This document shows positions 26,483 through 40,543 of a stretch of DNA of 64,000 nt, piece after piece; the stretch's first letter is position 1; each line of letters begins with the position of its first letter. The DNA is taken from contig NC_068989.1 of the NCBI RefSeq assembly GCF_001194135.2, forward strand, positions 2,539,427 to 2,603,426, written 5' to 3'. The position numbers and the translations under genes are program-made. Source of the DNA: Octopus bimaculoides. Taxonomy: Eukaryota. The notes beneath the pieces were generated by a model. It had not been told where the DNA came from and did not search any database. It was given only the letters and a program-made list of their open reading frames with translations.

Positions 26483-26880
26483 ATGATTTCAAATTTTTGC
26501 CACAAAGGCAGCTTGCGGGAGGGGATTAGGTCAATTACATCGAACCCAGTGCGTAACTGGTACTTATTTAATGGACTCCGAAAGGATGAAAGACAAAGCC
26601 GACCTCGGCAGAATTTAAACTCCGAATGTAACGGCAGACGAAATACCTATTTCGTTATTGCCCACAAGGGGCTAAACATAGAGGGAACAAACAAGAACAA
26701 ACGAACGGATTAAGTCGATTACATCGACCCCGGTGCGTAACTGGTACTTAATTTATCGACCCCGAATGGATGAAAGGCAAAGTCGACCTCGGCGGAATTT
26801 GAACTCAGAACGTAACGGCAGACGAAATACCGTTAAACATTTCGTCCGGCGTGCTAACGTTTCTGTCAGTGCGCCGTCTT
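26483..26880 (-). mobile_element. Two tandem family A-related SINE copies
   Basis: TCGATTACATCGACCCC.GTGCGTAACTGGTACTTA...GGATGAAAGGCAAAGTCGACCTCGGCGGAATTTGAACTC occurs twice (about 26530-26640 and 26710-26875). Confidence 0.9.
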
Positions 26881-27333
26881 ACATATTTAGTAAATAATAA
26901 TGGAAAACTAATACAAATAGCTACAAGACAGCAAAACAGCAAACAAAATGCTTTGTTGTCTTCATGGGAGACAAAAAATGAAAAACTGGGATTGAAATGA
27001 TAGATATGAAGAACGACAACCAACAAATGAAATTGTTAAAATGCTAAAATCTAAGATAAAAATTCGGCTTAGATTGTTATGATAAAAACAATAGCAAGAG
27101 AAGCTCCTACATGGCCAGTACCTGAAAAGGGTGAATAGGATTAAGGGGAGTGCATAAGGAGAATTCGCAATATTGGTTAAAAACCACAATACTCTCTGCT
27201 GAGACTGGCAGATGTTTACTTGCGGCAGAAGCTCAGATCTTGCCCTCCGTCACCAGAAACCATCTACAGTAAGAAATGAAGTAGAATGCAGAATATGTTG
27301 AGAAAATATAATGACTAGGTACTGCACCCACAC

Positions 27334-27382
<49 letters not shown>

Positions 27383-27484
27383 GACATTAAGTAGGGTCCA
27401 TTAAACAGGGCAAAACAAAAAAGGCATAAAACTACATGCACACAAGGTAAAATGAGTTGAGCTTGGCAGTGAAATAAGACTTCA

Positions 27485-27517
<33 letters not shown>

Positions 27518-27916
27518 GGTTCAGTCGGCAATTAAGAAAAAATGGTACAACTTCCGGCTTGCGAATACCGGAAATCGACGTTTTATGAGGACTAATTCCG
27601 TTTACACGTCTGTCTCAGAAGTCCAAACAGTGCCAATGTATCAGGTATTTATTGTCATTATATATTTTTCAATGAAAATCATTGCCGTTGCATAAATGTT
27701 TGTTGAATATTGTTGTACACACGCGCACACACATGCACATGCATTTATATGTGTATGTGTATATATATATATATATATATAATTATTAAACACATATACA
27801 CACACAAATATACATATGGGTTTATATATGTGTACGAATGTATATGTATCAATATCTATATCTATATATATACATATATACACACACACAAACATGAATG
27901 TTTACGTACACATATA

Positions 27917-27965
27917 CGAGGGGTGCTGAAAAGTTCTTGTCTTTAAGGGCATTACGAAGGCCTGG
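27917..27965. mobile_element. Solo mariner-type TIR (end of a non-autonomous element)
   Basis: TA-CGAGGGGTGCTGAAAAGTT closely matches TA-CGAGGGTCAGCTGAAAAGTT at 11742; no partner TIR found nearby. Confidence 0.65.
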
Positions 27966-28227
27966 ATCTGTAGTCTTCGAATTTCCCCTTCCTGGTTTTG
28001 GTAAGCTTAATTTCTCAAGATTGGTATCTAAGCAGTGTGTTACACATCCCAGGGCCCCAATAATATGTCTGTATGAATGCATGCACACCTGTATTTGTAT
28101 GCAAGGGTTCATAGCACTGCTGCTCCAAGTTTCATCACCACCATTTTGTATTCGTTCAGATTTATGTACAAACGCATATTCACGAGAATTTCTGAGTCGT
28201 AATGGACCGAAACTTTCTCTACAAAGG

Positions 28228-28281
28228 AATGAACGAAATGCATTAAATTAAATGAACGAAATGCATTAAACTAAATGAACG
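28228..28281 (+). repeat. 23-bp tandem repeat, about 2.3 units
   Basis: AATGAACGAAATGCATTAAA(T/C)TA starting at 28228, 28251 and 28274. Confidence 0.9.
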
Positions 28282-30440
28282 CATCCTTCTCCCGTTCAAG
28301 CATCATTATATACGTGTGTGCGTGCAAGCTTACATGCTTGTGTGTCTGTACATGTGTGTGTGTGCATGTGTGTGTGTGTGCATGTGTGTGTGTGTGCATG
28401 TGTGTGTGTGTGCATGTATGTGTATGTGTTTGCGTCTCTGTGTGTCTGCATGTGCGCATATGTGTGTGTATGTGCGTATATGTGTGTGTTTGTACATAGT
28501 CTACGACTTTTAGATAATAACTGGGAAATGATAACCTTTAAAATGTTACCGATTTAAGATTTCTCTGAAGAAAAATTAAACTTGTCTTGATTAAGAATTA
28601 TCGATTTGTTTTTACTTAGATTTAAAGGTCCTTTATCTTCGTGGAAGAGTAGTTGGCGTATTTGACCTCTTTGTGTTTCCCATGAGTGGTTCTGGCTTAA
28701 ACAAGTGTAGATGGCTTTTAGCACTCACGACCTTTTCCAAACTATTTTTTAGTTATCGTTTTCCCAACAGAATTTCGCTGTTTCGGTTCTGGTTGTGGTC
28801 GTAGAAAATTTGAAACGTTTGGTTAAGCAACTTGTATTCTGTTCAGGAAATTGTTCCACGTCGAAATGCTCTGTATGAAACATCATTGCTGCTTAAACAT
28901 TCCTTGTCGTGCAGGAAAGAGGAAGGCACAAACACTAATGACTATAGGTGATGTGATATGTTTATTTTTTTATGAACAACAATGAAAAGTTTCAGACATT
29001 TTAGCAACAAAAGGGGTTTAGTAACAGAATGATTTCACATGTACCACTCAGAATATAGTTTTTTCAATGCTTCCTGCTCATTCAGAAACTAAAGCTAAAT
29101 TTGTTCGGTATTACCAAAAATAAGAGCCAAAGACATTAAACCACATCATTTTCCATAAGGAGACGAAGGTTTGTCCAGAATGACGCGTAGTTAACTTCGA
29201 AATGGCTTTATTAAAGAATGCGTAGAAATTGGAAGCCCACCGGGACCCTACTAGGTGGTTATTTCCAGCTTTTGGATGTGTTCATTGTATTTAATGGACT
29301 TGAGGATTCCGTATATAAAAGGAAAGAGTTTTTGTAATATTTTGGAAGTCTTTGGTTTGGCGTTGTTTATAAAGTTGCTTCGTCTTTAATGCCGAGCTGC
29401 ATACAATTTGTTTACAGCTGAGTTGAATCTGATATGTTCAGAACAACCAATTTTCTAGAAATATGGCACCGGTTAATCAATACAAGATTTACGATAGCCT
29501 ACTTGGCCTTGCCTGGGCTTGATAAGAAAATGCAGCCATATATAACAAGCTAAAACTGAATTATCGCACAAATATCGTTGGGGACCGAAATGAGATGAAC
29601 ACATAAATACATAAATACCATGATTCATGATAATCGTATTTAGACATGTAACAAAGCTTAGAGTTCAACGAACCTCGTGTTTTCCTTAAGGTCAATGACT
29701 CACAATTTCTGTTAGCTTTCATTTTAAACTGAATTGTTTTCGCAAATATTTCTTTTAAAACTTCTATACAATAAGTTTCTTCAGTCTTGAAAGGAATTTT
29801 TTTTTCTTTTTCATTTATTACTAAACAAAACTATCAGCAGTTTGAATATCGTCAATTTTAGCTGTCAGCATTTTTTCTTGAGAACATTTAGCTATCGGTT
29901 TTGTTTTGAATGTCGACATTCTCTTTGTACACGAGACGATCTAGCGTTTATCCCCTCTAGGATCATTAACATAATCAGTTCAGTGAATTAGTATCAAGCG
30001 ACAAAAGAACATTTTCTACATTTTAGAAGCAAATATAACAGCGACCAGTTCTTTACCTGTGTGATTTCAGGTGTTATAGACAACCACATTGGCCCAGTAT
30101 TTAGAAATGACGTTCAGTTCTAGCTAGATTTTTCTCTTACTTTTTTTTTTTTTTGAGGTTATAAACATTATAAATCCGAAATATATAATTTTAGTATTTA
30201 TCTGCGGATGTAATCATAAACGTTACTTCACAGTATATATACATATACGTGTACAGAATACATATCCATACCAACAAACACACACATACACACACGCGCG
30301 CAGACACACACACACTACATACATGCAAACATACATACATACATACATGTCGGATAAATATAATAATAATAACAATAATCCTTGGATGGAATTTATAAGT
30401 ATTAAATGCTTATAAATTCCATCCAAGGATTATTGCTATC

Positions 30441-30471
<31 letters not shown>

Positions 30472-31555
30472 TGTGTGTGTATATATATATATATATGGAT
30501 GCCCATATATATATATGGATGCCCATATGGAGACAAGCGTAGACGAATGGAAGCGTAAAAGTGAGGTGGTCTTTATTTATAAATTTAATACTCTTTAACT
30601 CTGCAGAAAGCTTCTTATCGATTTTGCCAGGAGTTTAACAAGATCGATAAGTTAGAAATTTTTGCAGACTATTGTTAATCATTATGTGTGTGTCTAGAAT
30701 ATAGAATGTGTGTGCGCGTGCATGATTGAGCACATGCACGTGTGTATGTGTGTGTGCTCTTTCGAGTGCATCTCAAGCAGTATTTGATCATGGTTCCATT
30801 CTGCAATTATAAAATGTGTTGGTTTTGTTGTTAATGTGTTTAGTGGTCAAAATAGTTCAGAAACTTAATGCCATCCGTAATAGACACTGAACAAGCCGCC
30901 CCCAGCTAACCTCCCAACATAGAAAGCTATGACGTATCTACCCCGCTTTCTGGCATCGCTTTCTCCTTTTCTCGTCTGTCATCACACCCTCAATATGGTG
31001 TCAGGAAATGGGTAGAAAAACGAATCCAAAGCCGCATGAAACACACCAGTCTGTCTCCGCATTGCATGTAGAACTTTTGTTTTTCGAAATCGATCAAAAG
31101 GGAACGAAAAGCCTTTTCTTTTCGACGTGTAAACAAGGAAATAACACAAAAGTCGTTGTTAACAATTAGAGTTCCCAAAAGGGGGTGGTGAATGTAACAT
31201 TAACTAGGGTTATCCGTGGAAAGAAAAACCTACGGAAAAGAACCATGGTAACCTCGGAAACGAAAAATAAAAACATTAACATGAGAGCAAGGCGCTCTTT
31301 CTCTCTTTGTTTTATAGGATTATGCTCAAGGTGGTTCCGCCATTTATTCGTACCATCCTTGCGACATTTACCCACCTTTGGTTGAACTTTTCATTAGACA
31401 AAACTTCCCTCTCTATTTTCAACTTCCTCTTCAAGTGATACATGAAGAAATCGATCAGAGGTTGGCCAGAGGGGAAAGTGTTTGTCTCTAACCCTTTCGC
31501 ACGAGTCCACTACACACATCCTTTCACCATAGCCACCAGTAGATAGAAAGAGAGA

Positions 31556-31593
<38 letters not shown>

Positions 31594-32201
31594 AAGAGAG
31601 AGACGTAGATAGATAGATAGATAGATAGATACATACATACATACATACATACATACATACATACATACATACATAGATTCATGCAAAACTACACACATAC
31701 GTGCGAGAGATTGAAACTGGCCCGCTTGGCTTGGTATTATCCTCTGAATGCACACATTTTGACATCGGCGAACAACTTCAATAGTACTGGATCGATAATT
31801 ATGTCTTTAATGTGTCGTGATCAGATAGTTATTATTTGCTTTGCACAATATCTTTGCCTGCTCTTGATTGGCAATATGAATTGATATACATATATATAAA
31901 TGTGCTGAATAACATCGCTTCCAGTAACAATTTTCCATTATCAATTATACACAGGACAATTATCTCAGTTCTATTGGCCGTTGCATTGCTTCTGGTAACA
32001 TATGACATATCAGAAGCAGTTTTATGTCACACTGTAGCCGTAACCATGCAATTGAGAGTTGGGGAACAATAGACCAATTTTCTTTCGCTCTTTACACTTT
32101 CGTTATATCTCTTTCGAATTATGTACATATATGTGTCTGCGGGTGTAATTGAGTGTGTGTGCATGTGTAAATATATGCAATATGCACGTATATATGTAGA
32201 T

Positions 32202-32259
<58 letters not shown>

Positions 32260-33014
32260 NNNNNNNNNNNNNNNNNNNNNNNNNNNNNNNNNNNNNNNNN
32301 NNNNNNNNNNNNNNNNNNNNNNNNNNNNNNNNNNNNNNNNNNNNNNNNNNNNNNNNNNNNNNNNNNNNNNNNNNNNNNNNNNNNNNNNNNNNNNNNNNNN
32401 NNNNNNNNNNNNNNNNNNNNNNNNNNNNNNNNNNNNNNNNNNNNNNNNNNNNNNNNNNNNNNNNNNNNNNNNNNNNNNNNNNNNNNNNNNNNNNNNNNNN
32501 NNNNNNNNNNNNNNNNNNNNNNNNNNNNNNNNNNNNNNNNNNNNNNNNNNNNNNNNNNNNNNNNNNNNNNNNNNNNNNNNNNNNNNNNNNNNNNNNNNNN
32601 NNNNNNNNNNNNNNNNNNNNNNNNNNNNNNNNNNNNNNNNNNNNNNNNNNNNNNNNNNNNNNNNNNNNNNNNNNNNNNNNNNNNNNNNNNNNNNNNNNNN
32701 NNNNNNNNNNNNNNNNNNNTATATATATATATATATGTATGTATATATATAATATATAATATAATATAATATAATATAATATAATACACATGCACGTGTG
32801 TATGTAAATGTTCTACGCTTTTCATATCAAACAATTACCATATTTGTGAACAAAAATACGACATATATTTAAACTAATGTGTGTGTGTGTTTGTGTGCAT
32901 GTATGTGTGTGTGTGTGAATTGCTTGGAGTGATTACCAGTCAGCTTTGAAGTCAGTATATGTATCTATATTGACATCCCAATAATTAGTAAACTATATCT
33001 TATATGTCTACAAT

Positions 33015-33053
33015 ATAGGATACTGAAATAGGATACTGAAATAGGATGCTGAA
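33015..33053 (+). repeat. 13-bp tandem repeat x3
   Basis: ATAGGATACTGAA, ATAGGATACTGAA, ATAGGATGCTGAA. Confidence 0.92.
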
Positions 33054-34143
33054 ATATTGGCCTCCAACCCTGTCCTGGATGATATATGCGTGTGTGTGTG
33101 TGTGAGTATAATATGTATATATGTGTATAATATGTACAATGTGGGTATATATATATATGCACTTATCCATATATAGAATACGTACATATACACAGAGCGA
33201 GACGGGCAGATGTTATAGGCTTCGTATAAACAAGTATATATAGACAAGCATATAACATTGTTCTTTTTCTCTTCTAGTATCCTTCTATACACGTCTGTTA
33301 TTTTAACTCTGTCTACTTCAATCTATTTCATATCCTGCGGTTGCATCTTTATCTTTACACATTCATTTTTTATTGAGATGTTATTATTGATAGCTTTATC
33401 TTGACTCTCTATCTCTGCTGTTATTTAGAGTTATTCTTTATTTCACTTCTCACTTTACACCGTTCAGCATTCAATATCTTTACCCTTTTGTGTTTTATTG
33501 TCATATTGTTTTGGTTGCACCATTTTACCTTTCTGTACGTTCCATTTATTCTGTGTATATTTATATATATATATATATTTACAATAAAATCAGTAAAGAT
33601 GGTCACGTGGTTGCTAATGGTGTCAAAGCATTTATAAAATAGTCATAAAGAAGTGAGTATAAAAACATTAAGCAGAAAAACAGAAAAATCAGAGACGCAA
33701 GAATTCTCCATAAATGAGAAAAATATCCGGAATGCTCAGACGAGCGTCACAGATAAGAGTAATGGAAGTCCAAGTAGTTTATTTGCAGTGGTTCACCATG
33801 GAATACATCGGTTAAAATTTGGGGAGCTCATACTCGAACCTCACAACTATGGGACGAGAGAATGCGGGTGTCACTTTACAGCTGTTTCTGGTGTATAGTG
33901 TTCAATTAGTGCAGTAACGCGGAGGAGGTTAGTGTTACTGAATGTATATGAAATAACACTTGAACAGTACATTGCCTACAACCAACTCTTGTCTGCTAAC
34001 GTTTCTGCTAGCTCGCCGCCTCTATCCTGAAATATTGTCACTTTGTATGTTAGACGTGTCACCTCACATCATACACATCCTGATACGAATTTTGTTGGCT
34101 GTGAAGAGGTTCAGACATGGCTGCAGATAATAATGCAAATCCA

Positions 34144-34216
34144 AACTGCAGGAGGATTCGAGCCATTGACCTTCAGTGTGCTGGACTGACGCTCTAACCA
34201 ACTGAGATATAGAATC
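34144..34216 (-). pseudogene. tRNA-like sequence (pseudogene or isolated SINE head)
   Basis: Minus strand GATTCTATATCTCAGTTGGTTAGAGCG-TCAGT-CCAGCAC-ACTGA-AGGTCAATGGCTCGAATCC: A and B boxes, D arm and anticodon stem are present; acceptor and T stems are broken. Confidence 0.7.
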
Positions 34217-34230
34217 ACCATATGTATGTA

Positions 34231-34290
34231 GTGTGCGTGAGTGTGCGTGAGTGTGCGTGAGTGTGCGTGAGTGTGCGTGAGTGTGCGTGA
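34231..34290 (+). repeat. (GTGTGCGTGA)x6 decamer repeat
   Basis: Six perfect units. Confidence 0.97.
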
Positions 34291-35066
34291 GTGTGTGTAC
34301 TTCGGAGTTTGTTAACAAAATGACTTGCTTTGAAATCCGGTCTTAAATCTAAAACGCGATGATATAGTCATGACAGCCATTTATGGTGGAGCACCATCTC
34401 TTGTATTCACTTTTAGGTATCGTATTTTACAGTCGAATTGGTATATATGTGTCACTATCTTTCCAAATAGTAATGGATTTCACATGGAATTTTTGTTCCT
34501 CGACCTGGTCTGAAAATTCTAATGACTGGAACAAACTAAAAAAGGAATAATAAGAAAGAACAACAGATATATATATATATATATANNNNNNNNNNNNNNN
34601 NNNNNNNNNNNNNNNNNNNNNNNNNNNNNNNNNNNNNNNNNNNNNNNNNNNNNNNNNNNNNNNNNNNNNNNNNNNNNNNNNNNNNNNNNNNNNNNNNNNN
34701 NNNNNNNNNNNNNNNNNNNNNNNNNNNNNNNNNNNNNNNNNNNNNNNNNNNNNNNNNNNNNNNNNNNNNNNNNNNNNNNNNNNNNNNNNNNNNNNNNNNN
34801 NNNNNNNNNNNNNNNNNNNNNNNNNNNNNNNNNNNNNNNNNNNNNNNNNNNNNNNNNNNNNNNNNNNNNNNNNNNNNNNNNNNNNNNNNNNNNNNNNNNN
34901 NNNNNNNNNNNNNNNNNNNNNNNNNNNNNNNNNNNNNNNNNNNNNNNNNNNNNNNNNNNNNNNNNNNNNNNNNNNNNNNNNNNNNNNNNNNNNNNNNNNN
35001 NNNNNNNNNNNNNNNNNNNNNNNNNNNNNNNNNNNNNNNNNNNNNNNNNNNNNNNNNNNNNNNNNN

Positions 35067-35107
<41 letters not shown>

Positions 35108-35931
35108 AGTGTGTGTCCGTGTAAGTATTCCCGTTCTAAGCTTGGATATTAAACTTGTTTCTTGTCTTTTTTTTTTCTTTTTTTCATGCAATTGGAACAT
35201 CTTGGCACACCAAAAGGTGGAAGCAACCAAAGTAAGAAATGAAGCCCATGCCATTCCACTGTTACCAAACAGCGCAACAGTTGCCGACGAAACGAAAATC
35301 GAAATACGGTAGAGAAAAAGACGAAATCTTGTATAGAGACAGCAACGTTTTATAACAAACATTAAGAGCGAATGTGTGTGTGTATGTGTGTGTGCCCTTG
35401 TTTGTGTGTGTATATATACAGTATATATGGTGTACATGGATGTAGATTTAGAAGAATGGATGGGGACAGAAAAAGAAGACAGAGAGATCAAATCAGAGGA
35501 AGGAAGAGGAGGAAGAGAATTGAATTTTTTTTTTCTTTTACTTTTGGACTGGGCTGCAAAGATATAAACTTCATAGATGAGCAAAATGCATTAATTCACT
35601 TAATCGGGCGCACGGTTGTACGGATTCCATTTATTTTACTAAGCTCCGGAGAAATGAAAAGCAAAATTGAATTTTAAATGAGAAATTTTGAAAGAAAGGC
35701 ATTTAAAAACAATAATAAAATACATCTCAGAAAATAAGAAAGCAAAAAAGGGAAAGAATGCATGGGGAATGAGAGAAGGAGGAAATTGCGAATAGGGAAT
35801 GAGATAAATATATGTGTATGGGTGTATGAGAGATAATTAGAGAATGGATGAATAATAGGAAGAGCGGAAAGGAAAATGGATGACAAAGACAAAGATATAA
35901 GAATAAGAGCAGAATCGAAAGACGACTGCAC

Positions 35932-35990
<59 letters not shown>

Positions 35991-36054
35991 CCCATTTCGA
36001 TTTTGTATTTGGTTTACAAGTTTCTTGATGTGAATTCGTGTACTGAAATAAATT

Positions 36055-36286
36055 TTGTTGTCTTGGTAGGGTCATTACACCAATAATAATAACACACGCC
36101 CTGGTCCAATACCACTTCTAGGTTGTTAATTAATTGTTTGAATATCTAACCAGCCAATTAATCGATCATTTTTTCAAGGTGTTGTTATTTAACCAATTGA
36201 CTAACATTAAAAAGAAGCGGTATTGAACCAGTGTGTGTGTGTGTGTGCTACTATTATTGGCATAATGACCCTCCCAAGACACAACA
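36055..36286. repeat. Fold-back palindrome with about 95-bp arms, MITE-like
   Basis: TCTTGGTAGGGTCATTACACCAATAATA pairs with TATTATTGGCATAATGACCCTCCCAAGA; CTGGTCCAATACCACTTCT pairs with AGAAGCGGTATTGAACCAG; pairing continues inward to a spacer of about 26 nt. Confidence 0.85.
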
Positions 36287-36313
36287 ATATACTATGTGTG
36301 TGTGTGTGTGTGT

Positions 36314-36344
<31 letters not shown>

Positions 36345-36825
36345 CATATGTATGTGTGTACGTGTGTGTGTTTCGATGCCTTCGTCAGTATACGTGTGAG
36401 TGCGCGGTACATTCCTGGTGATTTAATGTGCGACCCGAGTTCTCTTACATTTTGCTACACTTTTTTAATACATCAGACACTTTTTTGCACTATTTTTTAC
36501 GAACGTTTCTATATTTACTCCAGGAATCCTAAATTCAGGTCAAGAATATCACTTGGATATGGAACACTGGGGCAAATAAAATATTCTTGTGCTCATTGCA
36601 AATGATTTACAAGTCTTCGAACGACCGTTGGTATAATCCATACACTTTGAAAGAGAATGCAACCGATAAAATCCATTTCAGCGGTTTTGTGTTTATTTTA
36701 TCTCAGAATGAAAGGCATCGTCAACATCAGCAGGATTTGAACTAAAAACGTTTTATAAAGCAGTTTATAAAAGAATATTGCCAGGTTATTTGTTCAGCCA
36801 AACAATGGCTCCAATGCTAATATAT

Positions 36826-36940
36826 ATATATACATATTGGTATATGCATGTGTGTGTGTGTATACATACATAGATATATTTATATACATATTGGTATATG
36901 CATGTGTGTTTGTGTATACATACATAGATATATTTATATA
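36826..36940 (+). repeat. About 54-bp tandem duplication built from microsatellite-like sequence
   Basis: CATATTGGTATATGCATGTGTG...ATACATACATAGATATATTTATATA occurs twice with a period of 54. Confidence 0.85.
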
Positions 36941-37000
36941 CATGCATACACACGCACCTACATCTATGTGCGTGGTGTGTGTATTGTGTGTGTGTGCGTG

Positions 37001-37078
<78 letters not shown>

Positions 37079-37820
37079 GCCAATTAAATTATTGTCAAAC
37101 TGACGATGTCTTAACTGGCCGAAACTTCCAGGTCTCTGTCAGTAATATTTTAGTTTAAGAATAATATATTTCTACTCTACAAATGTATAGAGTTACTCAT
37201 TAAATTATTGTAAAATTGTTAATTGAACATTAAAAAAAAAAAACATAAAGATAAACGTTTCATTAAATATACGACTATGGTCAATATTTTCCATACTTTC
37301 TTATTAGCTTTTGACAACGGTTTCCAAAATAAGTTCCTAACTTCATATCCGACGTGTCTAGGCGTTCGCAATTTCATTATCAAGAACTGAATTGAAGATA
37401 TTTTCCGTTTGTGGTGTTTCTTATAGACTGATTGAATTCGTGTAGACTTTAAGAAACTATTAGATTGATTTACATTTGCTCATATTAGCGAATGAAGATG
37501 CGATAACTTACAACGTTAGACATTTCTATAATAACATTCCATGTTAGTACTAAATAACTGATGGATTATTTGTGTAGCACAGTTAAACTGTAAGCACGCT
37601 GATATAATCAATTAAACTCAGATAAAATTGTATCTAATTTCAGAAAAAAAAAATAGCAAGCTGAGTGTATTTACAATCTGATATAAGCAGTAAAAACGGT
37701 TTCTTTATCATTCGGAAATCTTTCATTTAGAGTTGATGCAACTAGTCTATTAACCTTAACGGTTTCACAAATTAATCGGACGTAATGTTTTTGCTATCGT
37801 CATTATTATCATATCTATTA

Positions 37821-38920
37821 AGAAAGCGGCGAACTGGCAAACTGGTTAGAGCATCGGTATAAATACTTCAGAATATTTGTAACTGAACTTTATGTTATGA
37901 GTTCGAATCTTGCTGAGGTCAACTATGCCTTTAATCTTTTTCGGGTACCAATCCAATAATAGAGTCGGTGTGATCGACTTACCCCGTCCCGCTAAACTTC
38001 CTGACCATGTACTAAAATTAGAAATAATTACGAGTTCAAATTCTGCCGAGGTTGACTTTGCCTTTCATCGGAATCGATAAAATAACTAGCAGTCAAGTAC
38101 TGGGGGAGGACCAATGTAAGTTCTGTTCATTTTTCCTTATGCCAACATAAGAAAAAGTTAAGGCGGCGAGGTGACAGAATTTTTAGCGTATCGGACAAAA
38201 TGGTCGGTGACATTTCTTCCGGCTCTTTATATTCTGAGTTTAAACGCCATCAAGGTCAAATCTTTTCATCCCTTAGGGGTCGATAAAAAAGATAATGTCG
38301 ATGTGACCGACTTTTCCATCTCCTCAAAATTGCCGGGCTTGTGTGACAAGTTAGAAAAATATATTATCACATATTTTCGAACAGGGATTTCAGATAGATC
38401 TCAAGAAATTGCTGTCCTTGTACCAAAATTTGAAACCAATTCCTCAATAGGTGGTCCAAGAACCGACCATGCAAATTTTTTTTTTCGAGCTGGCAGAATC
38501 GTAAGCGCGCCGTACAAAATTCTTAGCGGCATTTCGTCTGCCTTTACGTCCTGAATTCAAATTCCACCAAGGTCGACTTTGCCTTTCAAGGTCAATAAGT
38601 ACCAGTTGAGTACTGGGGTCGATGTAATCGACTTACCTCCACCCTTGAAAACATTGGTCTTGTGCCAAAATTTGGAACCAATATTTATACGACTACAGGG
38701 CAGCGAGATGGCAAGATTTCTTACCGCACTGGGAAAATGCTTAGCGTTATATCTTCCGACTTTACGTTCCGAGTCCAAATGCCACCAAAGCCGATTTTTC
38801 CTTTCATCCTTTCGGTATCCTTAAAATAGGTACCAGTTTCGTACTGGTGGGGGGGGATGTAATTGACTAACACACCGCCCCCACCGGAATTGCTGGAGTG
38901 ATGCAAAAATATTTATACGA
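37821..38920 (+). mobile_element. Head-to-tail array of about 4 near-full and 2 partial family A SINEs
   Basis: Heads at about 37821, 38159, 38487 and 38696; partial copies at about 38031 and 38400; all on the + strand. Confidence 0.85.
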
Positions 38921-40455
38921 CTATAATATTTCTGTTAAACCTATAAATGTTCATATTAAACCCATTCATGTTAAACCTATTCTATATGAATTGATATTTG
39001 TGGTGAAAATTATGTAACGAAGCCTTAGGTGTAGACATGGTCGTCTGCTTAAGAACAGTGGTTCGCAATGGCGCTGTTACGGAGTTGATCGCATGGAGCG
39101 ACATTTAAAATATACGATGAAAATGAAATTTTGTAGACGTTACCGGTGAGTAAAGCCATCGATTGTGTAGGTAAATATAAACATGTGATGAACAGACTCG
39201 GCACGTCGGACAAAAAAACTTGTGACATTTAGTACCGTTTCTAACATGTATAATTATTCGAAAGTCTAATTGCTTAGAAAATCGGTATGAATTTGGTGTG
39301 CTAACACAGGATACTATTAAAAGGAAAATATTTATAGCACATGTTTGTACGATAATGGAAGCTAGCGGACCGTCGTTCGATAATCAGAACTTTCCATGAA
39401 TAGGTCCTAAATATGTTGCATATTTTCCAACTACAGGGAATTTTAATTTCAAAATGTTGGAACATTGTCTGTGGCTCAGCATAGACACAGACAATAAGAA
39501 AATTGGAACTTGGGTCGCAGATTTGACTCACCAGGAACTTACCTCTAGCCGTAGGTCATGAATGCGTCTGCGACATTAACAGTATATTGCATATGAACGT
39601 AGAAATTGAGAATACGATTGGTGGGGTTGACTGGAAGGATTGGGAAATAGAATATGAGAAAATGGACACCAAAAAAGATTTGTACAGAAAAGAAGCAATT
39701 AACACTCAAGAAAGAATTTGTGGTGTGTGTGTATGTGTGTGTGTGTGTGTAATTTTATATCTGACATCATATACGAGCATGAGAATATAGGTGTATGACT
39801 ATATTGATTGATTACTCATCTTCACATTGTTACGTTCTTTGCATGGAGTAAAATAATAAAATAATTTAAAAATATAAATTTTCATTAATATATATTTCAA
39901 TTTATACTTTGCTGCCATACCTACAAAAGTGAGCAGAACTGAACAATGGAAGACCAAAACGAAAAATTGTTTGGATTGCAACAGTATGAGAACAACACTA
40001 ACATACAGCCCCACAATTGTATTCTACAAAGACCATAATAATAATTATGATGATAATGATAATGATAATAATAACTATTATTATTTTCACTATTATTGTT
40101 ATCAATATTATGATTGTTAGTATTGTTTTATTTTGTTATTGTTATTATTATTACTATTATTATTATTATATAAAATCGTTGTCATTCATCGAACTGTTTA
40201 ATAAAATCACATGAAAATCTAAATTATAATAAAATATTGTTGTGATTCTGTGGCTCGGATTATAATACATCAGGGCAACTGCAATATATTTTTTGTGTTT
40301 TAATATTGTCCCCACATTAATAGATATGGTCATGTTTGGATTATCTATTAACAAAATATTTTCATGAGTGTGAAAGTAAAATTTCGCATATACATGCACA
40401 CACAAATGCACACACAAATGCACACACAAATGCACACACAAATGCACACACAAAT

Positions 40456-40543
<88 letters not shown>

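Noticed and set aside
38171-38554. 127-codon ORF
   Set aside because: Lies entirely within the family A SINE array.
39543-39630. Minus-strand segment between a strong polypyrimidine acceptor and a perfect AG|GTAAGT donor
   Set aside because: All three frames contain stops; it could only be a non-coding or terminal exon, which the sequence alone cannot support.
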